From: Blastocatellia bacterium
GTDB taxonomy: Bacteria > Acidobacteriota > Blastocatellia > UBA7656
Direction of reading: 5' to 3'
Length of the DNA: 64,000 nt
Assembly: GCA_963765495.1 (NCBI GenBank)
Contig: CAVXWP010000009.1
Span: 608,001 to 672,000, forward strand
In this document: positions 28,610 through 38,102 of the stretch, in pieces
Position numbering within the stretch: the stretch's first letter is position 1
Layout of the letters: each line of letters begins with the position of its first letter
The notes under the pieces: model-generated
What the model was told of the DNA's origin: nothing
Seen by the model: the letters and a program-made list of their open reading frames with translations, nothing else
Databases searched by the model: none
Made by a program: the position numbers and the translations under genes

Positions 28610-29926
28610 TCAACGATTAAACTGCGCGGGTCTGAGCTTCAACGTGAGCTTTGCCAGTTCGCCGCCTGCCGGGCCGGGGCTTGAAGACGGTACGCCGGTC
28701 GCGGGTTGCTTTCTAGGTCGCGGCTTGGGAGCTACGGCCAGATGCGGACGGACGGATTTTGCCTGTCCCGCCACGGCTTCGACTTCGATAACGTTTTCAG
28801 AGAAGGCCACCACGGGCGTCTTATAGGTCTTGCCTCCAACGACAAAACTCTGCTGATTGAACCACTCGTACAGTTCGAGATCATCCATGTCGGTTTCGAG
28901 CTTTAGGCGAGACGCGCCTCCGCTCATCCCCGTTCCGAGCGAAGCGGTCGCGCCCCTGCTCTTCAGCTTTTCAATCACAGCCTGCACGAGCGGCGCTTCT
29001 GCCGAATAGATGACAAGTGACAACTCTTCCTTCAACTGCGGCGTGTTATAGATCACGTCGCTGTCGGAATATATCGATTCGTAAAGCTGCGACATCGCGG
29101 TTCGAGCAATGACAGGCGCTACGGAATCGAGCGCGCGGTCGAATGCCAGCATGGGCGACGAGCCGCTGCCTCGCTCGCTTACGACCGACTCTCCGAGTAT
29201 CAACCCGCCGTTTGGTCGCAGGATGGTATAGATAAAATTTGCGTCCGAGATATAACCGCCCTGACTGAAGGGCTTCGTATCGACCTCGGCATCGATATAA
29301 ATCAGGTAATCAGCGCCGTACTGAGTCGCCTGACGTATCAGCGCCTTGCGCTCAACTTCGCCCTTCGTGATCTTTTCCGTCACCTTGAGATCGAGTGTCT
29401 GGCTCGTGCTTTCAAAAGCGACGGGGCGAAGCCCGGCCTCTTTGACTTGATCGTAGATCAGAGCGCGAAGCGTCTTGGCCGACTTCGGATCTTCGAAACG
29501 CGATGACGGCAAGACCATCACCTTTGGGGCCTCGCGCCCGAAACTGAGCACCTTGTTTTGAACAAGCGCCGTGATCATGGCGGAGAGGTCTATCTGGCCT
29601 TCGACGGTAAGTGTCACCTGCGTCTCGTCCTCGTTGGTTCGCTCGCTGACTACGTTGAAAGATGCGAGGTACTGATCGGGCGGATCGAGCGCGATGTCTA
29701 TGTCTTCGGAAAGCCGGTTGATGATTTCAGGGGAAAACTTCGCAGCCAGATAATCTTTTAGCAACTGCTTGCGCGCCTTTGTGATCGCAACCAGCGATGA
29801 TGCCTTGCGAGTGGTGCGGTCGTAAGGAAAAGTATACCGCTTGCGAATAGTTTCGGCCTGTGCCGTCAGGTGAACACAGGCAAACAGAACAAGCCCGGCA
29901 AGAGACAGTATAAATATTCTTTTCAC
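28610..29926 (-). CDS. Exported hypothetical protein
   Basis: 438-aa ORF with a signal peptide and AAGGAG RBS; co-oriented with the CsgG-like gene. Confidence 0.75.
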   Translation of the reverse strand: MKRIFILSLAGLVLFACVHLTAQAETIRKRYTFPYDRTTRKASSLVAITKARKQLLKDYLAAKFSPEIINRLSEDIDIALDPPDQYLASFNVVSERTNEDETQVTLTVEGQIDLSAMITALVQNKVLSFGREAPKVMVLPSSRFEDPKSAKTLRALIYDQVKEAGLRPVAFESTSQTLDLKVTEKITKGEVERKALIRQATQYGADYLIYIDAEVDTKPFSQGGYISDANFIYTILRPNGGLILGESVVSERGSGSSPMLAFDRALDSVAPVIARTAMSQLYESIYSDSDVIYNTPQLKEELSLVIYSAEAPLVQAVIEKLKSRGATASLGTGMSGGASRLKLETDMDDLELYEWFNQQSFVVGGKTYKTPVVAFSENVIEVEAVAGQAKSVRPHLAVAPKPRPRKQPATGVPSSSPGPAGGELAKLTLKLRPAQFNR

Positions 29927-30031
29927 GGCGAACTCCTTCTTTGCTACTCAGAGGCGGTGACGCAAAGACCGGTGTAACAGTCTCCGCCTCACCGCGTCGT
30001 TTTTCCGGGATTCTCTATTTAACGGGATTCT

Positions 30032-30982
30032 CTATTTAATCTGTTTGGCCGCGTAATTGACCTTGATGCGATCCGGCCTCGGCTGAGGGTCGGGCGTGCC
30101 GTTTTCGTTGTAGGTTTCCAGGATTGTAGCCCAGGAAAGTTTTGGCTCCACATCACTGATGCGAATGCGCGCATACTTTGTCGTCACGTAAGAGAGAATC
30201 TCACCGGCTGCATTCTTGATCGGATCATCCTGCGTGTAGATTTCGAATTCCTGCCCCGTCTGTATGGATTGATCGCTGCCAAGATCGAGGGCAACGCGCC
30301 CGCCTCGCACCAGTACCACGAGCCCTTCGACCGGAACAGAGGTTCCGATCTCTCCGGCAAACTGCGCGGCGATTTTGGCCATAGCCTTGCGATAACCTTC
30401 TTCGCGGATGTCGGATTCGCTCCGCGATTTCGTAAGCGTGTCTTTGCTGGTCTCTTCCTTATAAGTCTTTGACAGTTTCAGAACGCCGGTCTCTGAATCT
30501 ATCATCTGAATCTGCACCTGAGACTTCACATCGGCCGAAAACTCGCCCCCGGTGTCAATGCCTTTCCGACTGAGGAGTCCGCCGAGTTTGCCCGGCACCT
30601 TGCCCTTGGAAAGCGATACATCGAGGGCGTTTCCGACCACGATGTATTTGGCCGAAAGCAGCTTGCCCACTCGCGATGCCTGTTTCGGGTCAACAAGGTC
30701 CGAGTTGTTGAATCCCTGTTCGGACAGCAATTTGTCCCTCTGCGCGGCGGTAATCAATTCGAAACGTCCGCTTTGCGAGAGCGCGTCTTCGAGGGCCGCG
30801 GTTGTCATGTTAGTGGTCCAGCCTGTGTCGCCCGATCCGGTTGCGAGGACGACGACGCGAGGTTTCCCGCCCTGTGCAGCGGGAGCGTCTCCGCTTCGGC
30901 GCTGCGCATAGCCGGTTACAGAAAGAATCATCGCAATTGTGACGATAGCAAAACCCAAGAGATTGACCTTGATGCTCTTCAT
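30032..30982 (-). CDS. CsgG/HfaB family protein
   Basis: Signal peptide; GRFELI...LSEQ....S.LVD...A.RVGKLLSAKYIVVG; MIDSETG. Confidence 0.8.
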   Translation of the reverse strand: MKSIKVNLLGFAIVTIAMILSVTGYAQRRSGDAPAAQGGKPRVVVLATGSGDTGWTTNMTTAALEDALSQSGRFELITAAQRDKLLSEQGFNNSDLVDPKQASRVGKLLSAKYIVVGNALDVSLSKGKVPGKLGGLLSRKGIDTGGEFSADVKSQVQIQMIDSETGVLKLSKTYKEETSKDTLTKSRSESDIREEGYRKAMAKIAAQFAGEIGTSVPVEGLVVLVRGGRVALDLGSDQSIQTGQEFEIYTQDDPIKNAAGEILSYVTTKYARIRISDVEPKLSWATILETYNENGTPDPQPRPDRIKVNYAAKQIK

Positions 30983-31174
30983 AATCCCTCCAACTCAAGA
31001 CTACGAAAGGTAGCCGTGGCTAAAATCTGATAAGAATATTCCATCGGGGTCGAGGGCAAAGCCTGGCAACAGAGATATGAGGAAACACTCTTATCCTGCT
31101 TCAATAGTATCTGTTCTGACCGCCCTGTCCCTCTGTACGCTTAGTCTACATTAAGCAATTTTACATTAAATCAG

Positions 31175-31204
31175 ACTATAGGCGAGCCAGGCTCGGAGTG
31201 TCAA
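31175..31204 (-). promoter_or_regulatory. sigma-70-type promoter of the CsgG-like operon
   Basis: TTGACA-18 nt-TATAGT on the minus strand. Confidence 0.6.
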
Positions 31205-31271
31205 CGCTCGCTTCAATCTTCACCGAATGCATGGTCTTCGGCTATAATCGAATCTCTGGGAGCAAAATCTT

Positions 31272-31640
31272 ATGTCATCTACTCAGCAGGACAAACGGGC
31301 GAGAAGACGCCCGATGAACGGGTTTGAAATCTATATCGCAATGAAGAGGCGGCTCGAGCAGGGAGCGACAGCCGCCATGGCCACCATAGTCAAAACTCGC
31401 GGTTCCACTCCGCAACGAGCCGGGGCGAGACTCGTGGTATTTGATGACGGCAGTTTTATCGGCACAGTAGGCGGGGGATGCGTCGAGGCCGATATATACG
31501 CCGAAGCACAGGAAGTGCTGCGCTCGGGTAAGACGGGAATCTTTCATTTCGATCTGGCCGGGGATATGGAAGACGATGAAGGCATGATCTGCGGCGGACA
31601 GATGGATGTATTGATCGAGCGGTGGTCGCTGGACGAATAA
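31272..31640 (+). CDS. XdhC/CoxI N-terminal domain protein (stand-alone)
   Basis: ATIVKTRGSTP..AGA, GTVGGGCVE, GMICGG.M; the start may be 31314. Confidence 0.88.
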   Translation: MSSTQQDKRARRRPMNGFEIYIAMKRRLEQGATAAMATIVKTRGSTPQRAGARLVVFDDGSFIGTVGGGCVEADIYAEAQEVLRSGKTGIFHFDLAGDMEDDEGMICGGQMDVLIERWSLDE

Positions 31641-31648
31641 TTCTAAAC

Positions 31649-31688
31649 AAATAAATCGGGACGAATAAATCGGGACGAATAAATCGGG
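31649..31688 (+). repeat. 14-bp tandem repeat AATAAATCGGGACG x~3
   Basis: Seen directly. Confidence 0.8.
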
Positions 31689-31753
31689 CAGGAATCTCCT
31701 CACCTCATTCTGGCCGCTTGCCCTCACTTCGGGCTGTGCTAAACTCTGATGCT

Positions 31754-33133
31754 ATGGCGAATCAGCGCGTGCTTATCGTAGACGACGAAGAACCTGCTCG
31801 ACAGGGGCTGAGCGAGCTTGTGGCCGGATGGGGCTACGAGCCTGATACGGCCGCCGACGGGCGCGAAGCGCTCGACCGCGTGGATTCGTTCTCTCCGATG
31901 GTCGTAATCACAGACGTAGTGATGCCGCGTCTGGATGGATTTCAATTGCTCAGCCATCTGAAGCAGGAGCACCCGGAAACGGCCGTGATACTGCTGACCG
32001 GACAGGGGTCGGTTGACGCGGCTATCCGCTCGGTCAAAGAAGAAGGCGCTTTCTATTATTTCGAAAAGCCTATAGACATGCGCCGTCTTCAGCTCGTTTT
32101 GCGAAAGGCCATCGAATACAGCAGCGCGAGGCGCGAAAACGAATCGCTTCGCCGCCAGCTTCGCCAGTACGGCGCGTTTGGAGAGATGGTAGGCAACAGC
32201 GATGCGATGCGCGAGGTATACACCTTGATCGAACAGGTCGCGCCAAGCGCCGTTTCGGTCCTCGTCACGGGCGAATCGGGAACCGGCAAAGAGATGGTCG
32301 CGCGTTCGATTCATCAATTGAGCCCCCGCGCAAACAATTCGTTTATAGCAATCAACTGCGCGGCGATGCCTGAAACCCTGATGGAATCCGAATTATTCGG
32401 CCACGAAAAAGGCGCGTTTACGGGCGCATCCGACCGTCGCATAGGGTGTTTCGAACTGGCCAATAACGGCACTCTGCTCTTGGACGAAATAGCCGAGATG
32501 CCGGTCCTATTGCAGGCAAAACTCCTGCGCGTGCTCGAAGACAAAAAGGTGCGCCGGCTCGGATCGAGCCGAGAGATGGCCGTCGATGTGCGGGTAATCG
32601 CGGCGACCAATAAAGACCCCTATAAAGCTGTCCACGATGGATTGATGAGAGAGGACTTGCTGTACCGTCTGAACGTAATTACAATAAAACTGCCCCCGCT
32701 GCGCGAACACCGAGAAGATGTCCCGCTGCTCGCCCAGCATATGATTGAAGAATTGAGCCATCGCCACAACCGTTTGGCGCGAGTGATATCGATTGAGGCG
32801 ATGGAGGCGCTACTGAATCATCACTGGCCGGGCAATATCCGCGAGCTTCGCAACGTCATAGAGCGCGCGGTGGTCATCTGCGACGGAGAGCAGATTGAAA
32901 AGCGTCACCTTTCTCCGCATATAACAGGTCAGACACCCTCACCTAGCACAGACGCCGTGATGATACCCATAGGTATGCCGCTTGAAGAAGTCGAGCGGCG
33001 GATTATATTGAGCACGCTCGCGCGTACAGATAACAACAAAACGCGCACAGCCGAGACGCTGAACATAAGCCTGAAGACGCTACACAACAAACTGAAGGCT
33101 TATCGCAAGGCAGGCGAAGAGCAGCTTGATTGA
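31754..33133 (+). CDS. Sigma-54-dependent response regulator (NtrC family)
   Basis: [28 protein letters not shown]. Confidence 0.95.
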   Translation: MANQRVLIVDDEEPARQGLSELVAGWGYEPDTAADGREALDRVDSFSPMVVITDVVMPRLDGFQLLSHLKQEHPETAVILLTGQGSVDAAIRSVKEEGAFYYFEKPIDMRRLQLVLRKAIEYSSARRENESLRRQLRQYGAFGEMVGNSDAMREVYTLIEQVAPSAVSVLVTGESGTGKEMVARSIHQLSPRANNSFIAINCAAMPETLMESELFGHEKGAFTGASDRRIGCFELANNGTLLLDEIAEMPVLLQAKLLRVLEDKKVRRLGSSREMAVDVRVIAATNKDPYKAVHDGLMREDLLYRLNVITIKLPPLREHREDVPLLAQHMIEELSHRHNRLARVISIEAMEALLNHHWPGNIRELRNVIERAVVICDGEQIEKRHLSPHITGQTPSPSTDAVMIPIGMPLEEVERRIILSTLARTDNNKTRTAETLNISLKTLHNKLKAYRKAGEEQLD

Positions 33134-33212
33134 GCAGACAGGTTTTACGAGATAAGGGTCGAACCGTATCTTTCTAAAACTTGCAGATTCTGTTGGGATT
33201 TGTTTGGTATTT

Positions 33213-35153
33213 ATGGCGACCACCGTGAGGGCAGGCGAGCAGATCGCCGAGGAAGAGATACCGCGAGTGAGCAGAAATCGCTCGGGCAAATTGTCCTGGC
33301 CTAGGCCCGGTGTCCGCGCGCGGCAAATCGCGCTCATAACGCTGTTTGTCACGCTGGTGGTGGTGCTCACCACGATAGCCAACACCGCCTACCTGACCGG
33401 TGTGATAATCAACCGCATCAAGGAACAGGCGAGCCAGCTATCGTCTCAGGTCTCCTACGCCGTTCAGCAGGAGCTGGCTCACAACCTCACGCTCGATCAA
33501 CTGGATAATCCCTATCAGGCGCTTGCAAGCGAGCACTCAAGCGTGCGCGGATTGATGGAATCGACTATCGTCACATCGCGCGCCATCACTTATCTTTACC
33601 TGACCGATGTGAGCGGTCATATAATCACCGATGCCGAGGGCAAAAACGAGCTGGCGGCCAACCGCCATATGATCGGAGATGTGCCGTCGGATATGCCCGA
33701 CCTTGGCAAACTGGCAAAAGAGAGCGCCTATGTCCAGCTCTTTCGAGTCTTTCTGGGCGCGCCTATTTACGAGTTCCGCGACCGACTGACGGTCGATGGA
33801 GCCATTGAGAGCAATATTCATATAGGCGTATCGGCTACGGCGATACGAAGCGAATTGTTGTCGCCCATCACAACCAATCTATTCATAGGTGTGCTTGCCA
33901 TACTCGGAGCGGCCATAGTCGCGATCAGTTCAGCCAATCTGTTGCTAAAACCGCTCGAAGCAATCTCGACAAGCATAGATCGTCTGGGGCTTGCCGGTGA
34001 GGCAGATGCGATCAACAAAACGCACATGCCAAACGACGATATGATTACCGGCGTGACCACACGCATCAAACAATTGGGCGAGAGGCTTGCGGGCGAACGC
34101 ACGGAGCTTGAGTTGATGCGCGGCAGACTCAGACAGGTCGTAAGCCACCTCGAAGAACGTCTGCTTTTGATCAACCGTGAGGGACGCGTGATGCTGGCAA
34201 GCCCGGATGCGGGACAGATACTCGGCGTAGACGATCTTGAGATTACGGGTCTGCCCGTTGATGAGAGCCTCGGATTCGATCACCCGCTCGTCGTGCTCGT
34301 AGAGCGCGCATTTGCCGAGCGGAGTTCCATAGCGAGGACTACTCTAAACCTGTCGAGCGGTTCGCGCACGCGCCAGTTGCTCGCCTCAGTGCAATACATC
34401 GAGGACGCGGGCGAGCCTGTAGGGGCGCTTGTCAGTCTGCGCGATTACGAGTCGTTTCAGAAATTCGAATCGCAGTGGGATTTATCAAAGAAGCTGGCCG
34501 ATCTCGGACGCATCACAAGCGGCATAGCCCACGAAGTCAAGAACCCGTTAAACGCGATGGTAATCCATCTTGAGATACTGCGATCAAAACTGGAATCCGG
34601 CAGCGGCGACCCTTCGCCTCAAATCGAGATACTCGACTCCGAGATCAAGCGTCTCGACCGCGTCGTGCAGACGTTCCTCAATTTCACGCGGCCAATCGAG
34701 GTGCATCTGCAACCGCTCGACCTCAACGCCATAGTGAGCCAGGTGCTGGCGCTCGCATCAACAATAGCCGAAGAGCAGGGCGTCACGATAAAACGGGAAC
34801 TCACCTACGGCCAGTTGATCGTTAAAGGCGATGCTGACATGCTCAAACAGGGATTGCTGAATGTGATAATCAACGGCTGTCAGGCAATGCCCGAAGGCGG
34901 GCCGCTTTCGGTCAGCACGTCGCGAGTCTCGGACGGGTCGGCGCGCATAGTCGTAAGCGACCGTGGAATAGGAATCCCCCCCGAAGCCCGCGACCGTCTC
35001 TTCAACCTCTATTACACCACAAAGAAAGGCGGCTCAGGAATAGGGCTTGCCCAGGCATTCCGCGCGATCCAACTGCACAACGGATTGATAAAATTCGAAA
35101 GCAAGGTCGGTGTCGGCACTACATTCGAAATCATCCTGCCCGCCTCCAACTAA
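33213..35153 (+). CDS. Membrane sensor histidine kinase with PAS-like domain
   Basis: Two TMs, AHEVKNPL H-box, DRGIG, LYYTTK, GSGIGL. Confidence 0.93.
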   Translation: MATTVRAGEQIAEEEIPRVSRNRSGKLSWPRPGVRARQIALITLFVTLVVVLTTIANTAYLTGVIINRIKEQASQLSSQVSYAVQQELAHNLTLDQLDNPYQALASEHSSVRGLMESTIVTSRAITYLYLTDVSGHIITDAEGKNELAANRHMIGDVPSDMPDLGKLAKESAYVQLFRVFLGAPIYEFRDRLTVDGAIESNIHIGVSATAIRSELLSPITTNLFIGVLAILGAAIVAISSANLLLKPLEAISTSIDRLGLAGEADAINKTHMPNDDMITGVTTRIKQLGERLAGERTELELMRGRLRQVVSHLEERLLLINREGRVMLASPDAGQILGVDDLEITGLPVDESLGFDHPLVVLVERAFAERSSIARTTLNLSSGSRTRQLLASVQYIEDAGEPVGALVSLRDYESFQKFESQWDLSKKLADLGRITSGIAHEVKNPLNAMVIHLEILRSKLESGSGDPSPQIEILDSEIKRLDRVVQTFLNFTRPIEVHLQPLDLNAIVSQVLALASTIAEEQGVTIKRELTYGQLIVKGDADMLKQGLLNVIINGCQAMPEGGPLSVSTSRVSDGSARIVVSDRGIGIPPEARDRLFNLYYTTKKGGSGIGLAQAFRAIQLHNGLIKFESKVGVGTTFEIILPASN

Positions 35154-35306
35154 CCAGATTTGAGATTTGAGACTTGAGATTTCAACTCTTCGGATGTGCA
35201 GAGGTGAAAAGAGTCAAAAAAATTTCAAACGCGGCACACCATTCAGCCGTCTCGATACATCACACATCCGGGTGTGGGGTGAAACAGATGCAATTGCTGG
35301 AGAAAA

Positions 35307-36599
35307 ATGATGTATTCGCAATCCTTCAAACGGGCGGCTGCCGCCACCCTCACCGCGCTTCTTCTGACGGCCAGCCTGGTCGGCGCTCAGGGCACCGGCT
35401 CTCTTCTTAAAATTACCCGGCCTGACACAGTTACTGAACCTGCCAGGAAGCAAAGACAAACATCCACCGCGCAGATGGACCGCGCTGCCGCGTTTCAAAG
35501 AATCAACCCCAACGATGAACAGGCCTTCACGCTCGCGCTCAAACGAGCCGGGCGGCGAACATTGAAAATCAGTCGGACAGACGCGCTCAAACGCGCAAGA
35601 CAGGCCGCATCTGCCGCAACGGTTATAGACGCTGGCACGGGCGGCGGGGACATAAACGAAATCGAGCCAAATGACCAGATTGCTCAAGGTGTGTCGCTGC
35701 CGGTCAACATATTTGGAGAGATAAGCTTTAACGGCGATGTTGACTTTTTCGCCTTTGACGCGCTTGCCGGGCAGCAGATAACCATCGAGCCGTTTGCCGC
35801 GCGTCTGGCAGGCTCTTTACTTGTTCCCGACATCGCGCTCTTTGACACATCGGGCCAGCTTCTGGCCCGAGCAGTGGGCGATGAACTCAACGACCCTCTG
35901 ATTCGATATGTTTCATCGACAAATCAGGTGCTCGTAGTCGGGGTAGCCGACATCGAAGACCTTGGCGGAAGAGCATTCGATTATCTGCTCAATATAACGC
36001 GCGGTCTCGATGTTGACGAGGTCGAATCGAATGACACCCGGGCGCAAAGCCTGCCCGATCTGCCGGTTACGGTCTTTGGCGAAATCGAGAGCGAAGAGGA
36101 TGTTGATTTCTTTAGCTTTATTGCAGCCGCCGGACAAACACTCATTATGGATATCGATTCCGAAGTTTTCGGTTCGCACCTTGATCCCGAAATCAACCTC
36201 ATTGACCCCGAAACAGGCGTCGAGTATTTCTATAACGACCAGTATGACGGCGACGATTCTCGTTTCAATATAGTGTTGCCCTACACGGGCCGCTATGTCA
36301 TAGGCGTGGGGGCATATCGGAGCCGTTCAAACGGCTTTTACCGCCTGAATGCCTCGCTGGTCTCGGGCGAAGATGCGCCCGTCATAACCGGGCTGGAGCG
36401 ATTGTCGTTTAAGAAACTCCTCGTCACTGGCACCGGCTTTACAAATGGAGCCGTGGTCGAGATCAACGGCGTAGTGCGTAAGACAAAGCGCATAAACTCC
36501 GGCACGCTACGTGCAAAGATCAAGATGAAGGTCGGGGATGTCGTAACGGTGATAAACCCGCCTGATGAAAGGCGATCAAATCCTTTAATAGTACAATAG
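35307..36599 (+). CDS. Secreted protein with two PPC (pre-peptidase C-terminal-like) repeats and an Ig-like tail
   Basis: EIEPND / EVESND...DVDFF.F repeats; C-terminal PVIT...KKL.V.G..F domain. Confidence 0.82.
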   Translation: MMYSQSFKRAAAATLTALLLTASLVGAQGTGSLLKITRPDTVTEPARKQRQTSTAQMDRAAAFQRINPNDEQAFTLALKRAGRRTLKISRTDALKRARQAASAATVIDAGTGGGDINEIEPNDQIAQGVSLPVNIFGEISFNGDVDFFAFDALAGQQITIEPFAARLAGSLLVPDIALFDTSGQLLARAVGDELNDPLIRYVSSTNQVLVVGVADIEDLGGRAFDYLLNITRGLDVDEVESNDTRAQSLPDLPVTVFGEIESEEDVDFFSFIAAAGQTLIMDIDSEVFGSHLDPEINLIDPETGVEYFYNDQYDGDDSRFNIVLPYTGRYVIGVGAYRSRSNGFYRLNASLVSGEDAPVITGLERLSFKKLLVTGTGFTNGAVVEINGVVRKTKRINSGTLRAKIKMKVGDVVTVINPPDERRSNPLIVQ

Positions 36600-36818
36600 C
36601 AGGAGATTGCCACGGTTTCGAACATAGCTGTTTGAGTAATAACTACATCAGGGCAAGGTAAAAATTCCTGCTCTATTTGGGAGGGTGACTACCCGATATG
36701 GTTTGGACTTTCGCTCCGGCGGCGCCTTCCAAGATCGCAAATGCAGTTTGTGGCTGGTTTTCAAAACAGCGTTATGTATAAAAACAAGTCATAATGAAGC
36801 AAAGAGAGGAGAGGGGAG

Positions 36819-37661
36819 ATGTCAAGAAAGTTTTTAGCAGTGATGCTGGCCTCCGTATTGGGGGCGGCGGGTGTTCTGGCCATGACCGAACATCGGTCCG
36901 CAACCACAACGGCCACTCAGGCAAACGCGCCGGTTCCCATAACCGACACGGCTTATGCAGCAGAATCCGGGGGCTATTCGGAAGCATATCTGGGTGATTT
37001 CAAATCAGGATATGCGGATGGTTTCAATGCAGGTGTAAGCGGCTATAGTTTCCCCGATGATTCTTCAATGACGAGCAATGCGCGCGGATATCTGGACGGA
37101 TACTCGCAAGGATTTACCGACGGGCAGAGCCAGCAGGCGACTCTTCGCAACAGACTGTGCGATCAGGCCAGCGCAGCCGTAATATCGTCTGCGCCTGCCG
37201 TTTACGGCCAGCCGAGCAGATACGCGCGTTCTACGAGAACGGCCACGACCCGAACCCTCGGCGACCGCGCCTACAACAACAATTACAATTACAACCCTGC
37301 GCCGAGAGAAAATCTCGGGATCGGATCAACGGCTCGCAAGGCTCTGCTGATTGCAGGCGGCGCGGGCGCGGGCGCAGGGTTAGGCGGCGCCATCGGCGGT
37401 GGAAAAGGCGCGCTCATCGGGGCGCTCGTAGGCGGCGGAACGGGTACGGTTCTGGCAGTGAAGAAAAAACCGAGCCGCGCTTTTAATCGTCGCGTATCCA
37501 AGAAAAGCCTGCTGACCAAGACGGCGATAGGCGCGGGCGCAGGTGTGCTTGTTGGCGCACTCGCAGGTGGCAAACGAGGCGCGCTTGCCGGAGCGGCGCT
37601 TGGCGGCGGCGGCGGCGCGTTGTGGTCGCTTATGTCCGGCAAGAGATCGTCTCGACGTTAA
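36819..37661 (+). CDS. Exported glycine-zipper protein
   Basis: Signal peptide, GY.DGF repeats, two GAGAG...GGK.GAL.GA zippers. Confidence 0.8.
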   Translation: MSRKFLAVMLASVLGAAGVLAMTEHRSATTTATQANAPVPITDTAYAAESGGYSEAYLGDFKSGYADGFNAGVSGYSFPDDSSMTSNARGYLDGYSQGFTDGQSQQATLRNRLCDQASAAVISSAPAVYGQPSRYARSTRTATTRTLGDRAYNNNYNYNPAPRENLGIGSTARKALLIAGGAGAGAGLGGAIGGGKGALIGALVGGGTGTVLAVKKKPSRAFNRRVSKKSLLTKTAIGAGAGVLVGALAGGKRGALAGAALGGGGGALWSLMSGKRSSRR

Positions 37662-37692
37662 TAACAGACATCAACCCTGAGAATCATAACGC

Positions 37693-37729
37693 TTAATAGG
37701 GGCAGATCACCCGGGTCTGCTCCTATTAA
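37693..37729 (+). terminator. Stem-loop terminator
   Basis: TTAATAGGGGCAGA...TCTGCTCCTATTAA. Confidence 0.65.
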
Positions 37730-38102
37730 ATAGACTGTTTTAGCCCTGAATCCTCATGCCTGAGTTTGAACAAGCAATATATTAAAGAAAATTTCAGAAA
37801 GGCCCGCAGGCAAATTCTTGACTTGGTCATTCGTCTGTGATTGAATGCCCGGGAAGCTTTGCTGCAATAAACCATATACCAGAAGCCCCTTTGTTGACAG
37901 GTTCATTGTATCCAGACTCGCGACATGGGGACTTGAGCGAAGCATTAAAGCTGCTCTCAGACTGGTTTTGAATCTTCTGAAATCAATCCATCTGGCTTTT
38001 GTAAGATAAAGCGATTGGCCGTTATTTGATCTCTTACGACAGCCGGATTGGGGATAAAATTCAGATCCCCGGCGATCAAGGAAAAGGTAAGAGGAAAATC
38101 CA

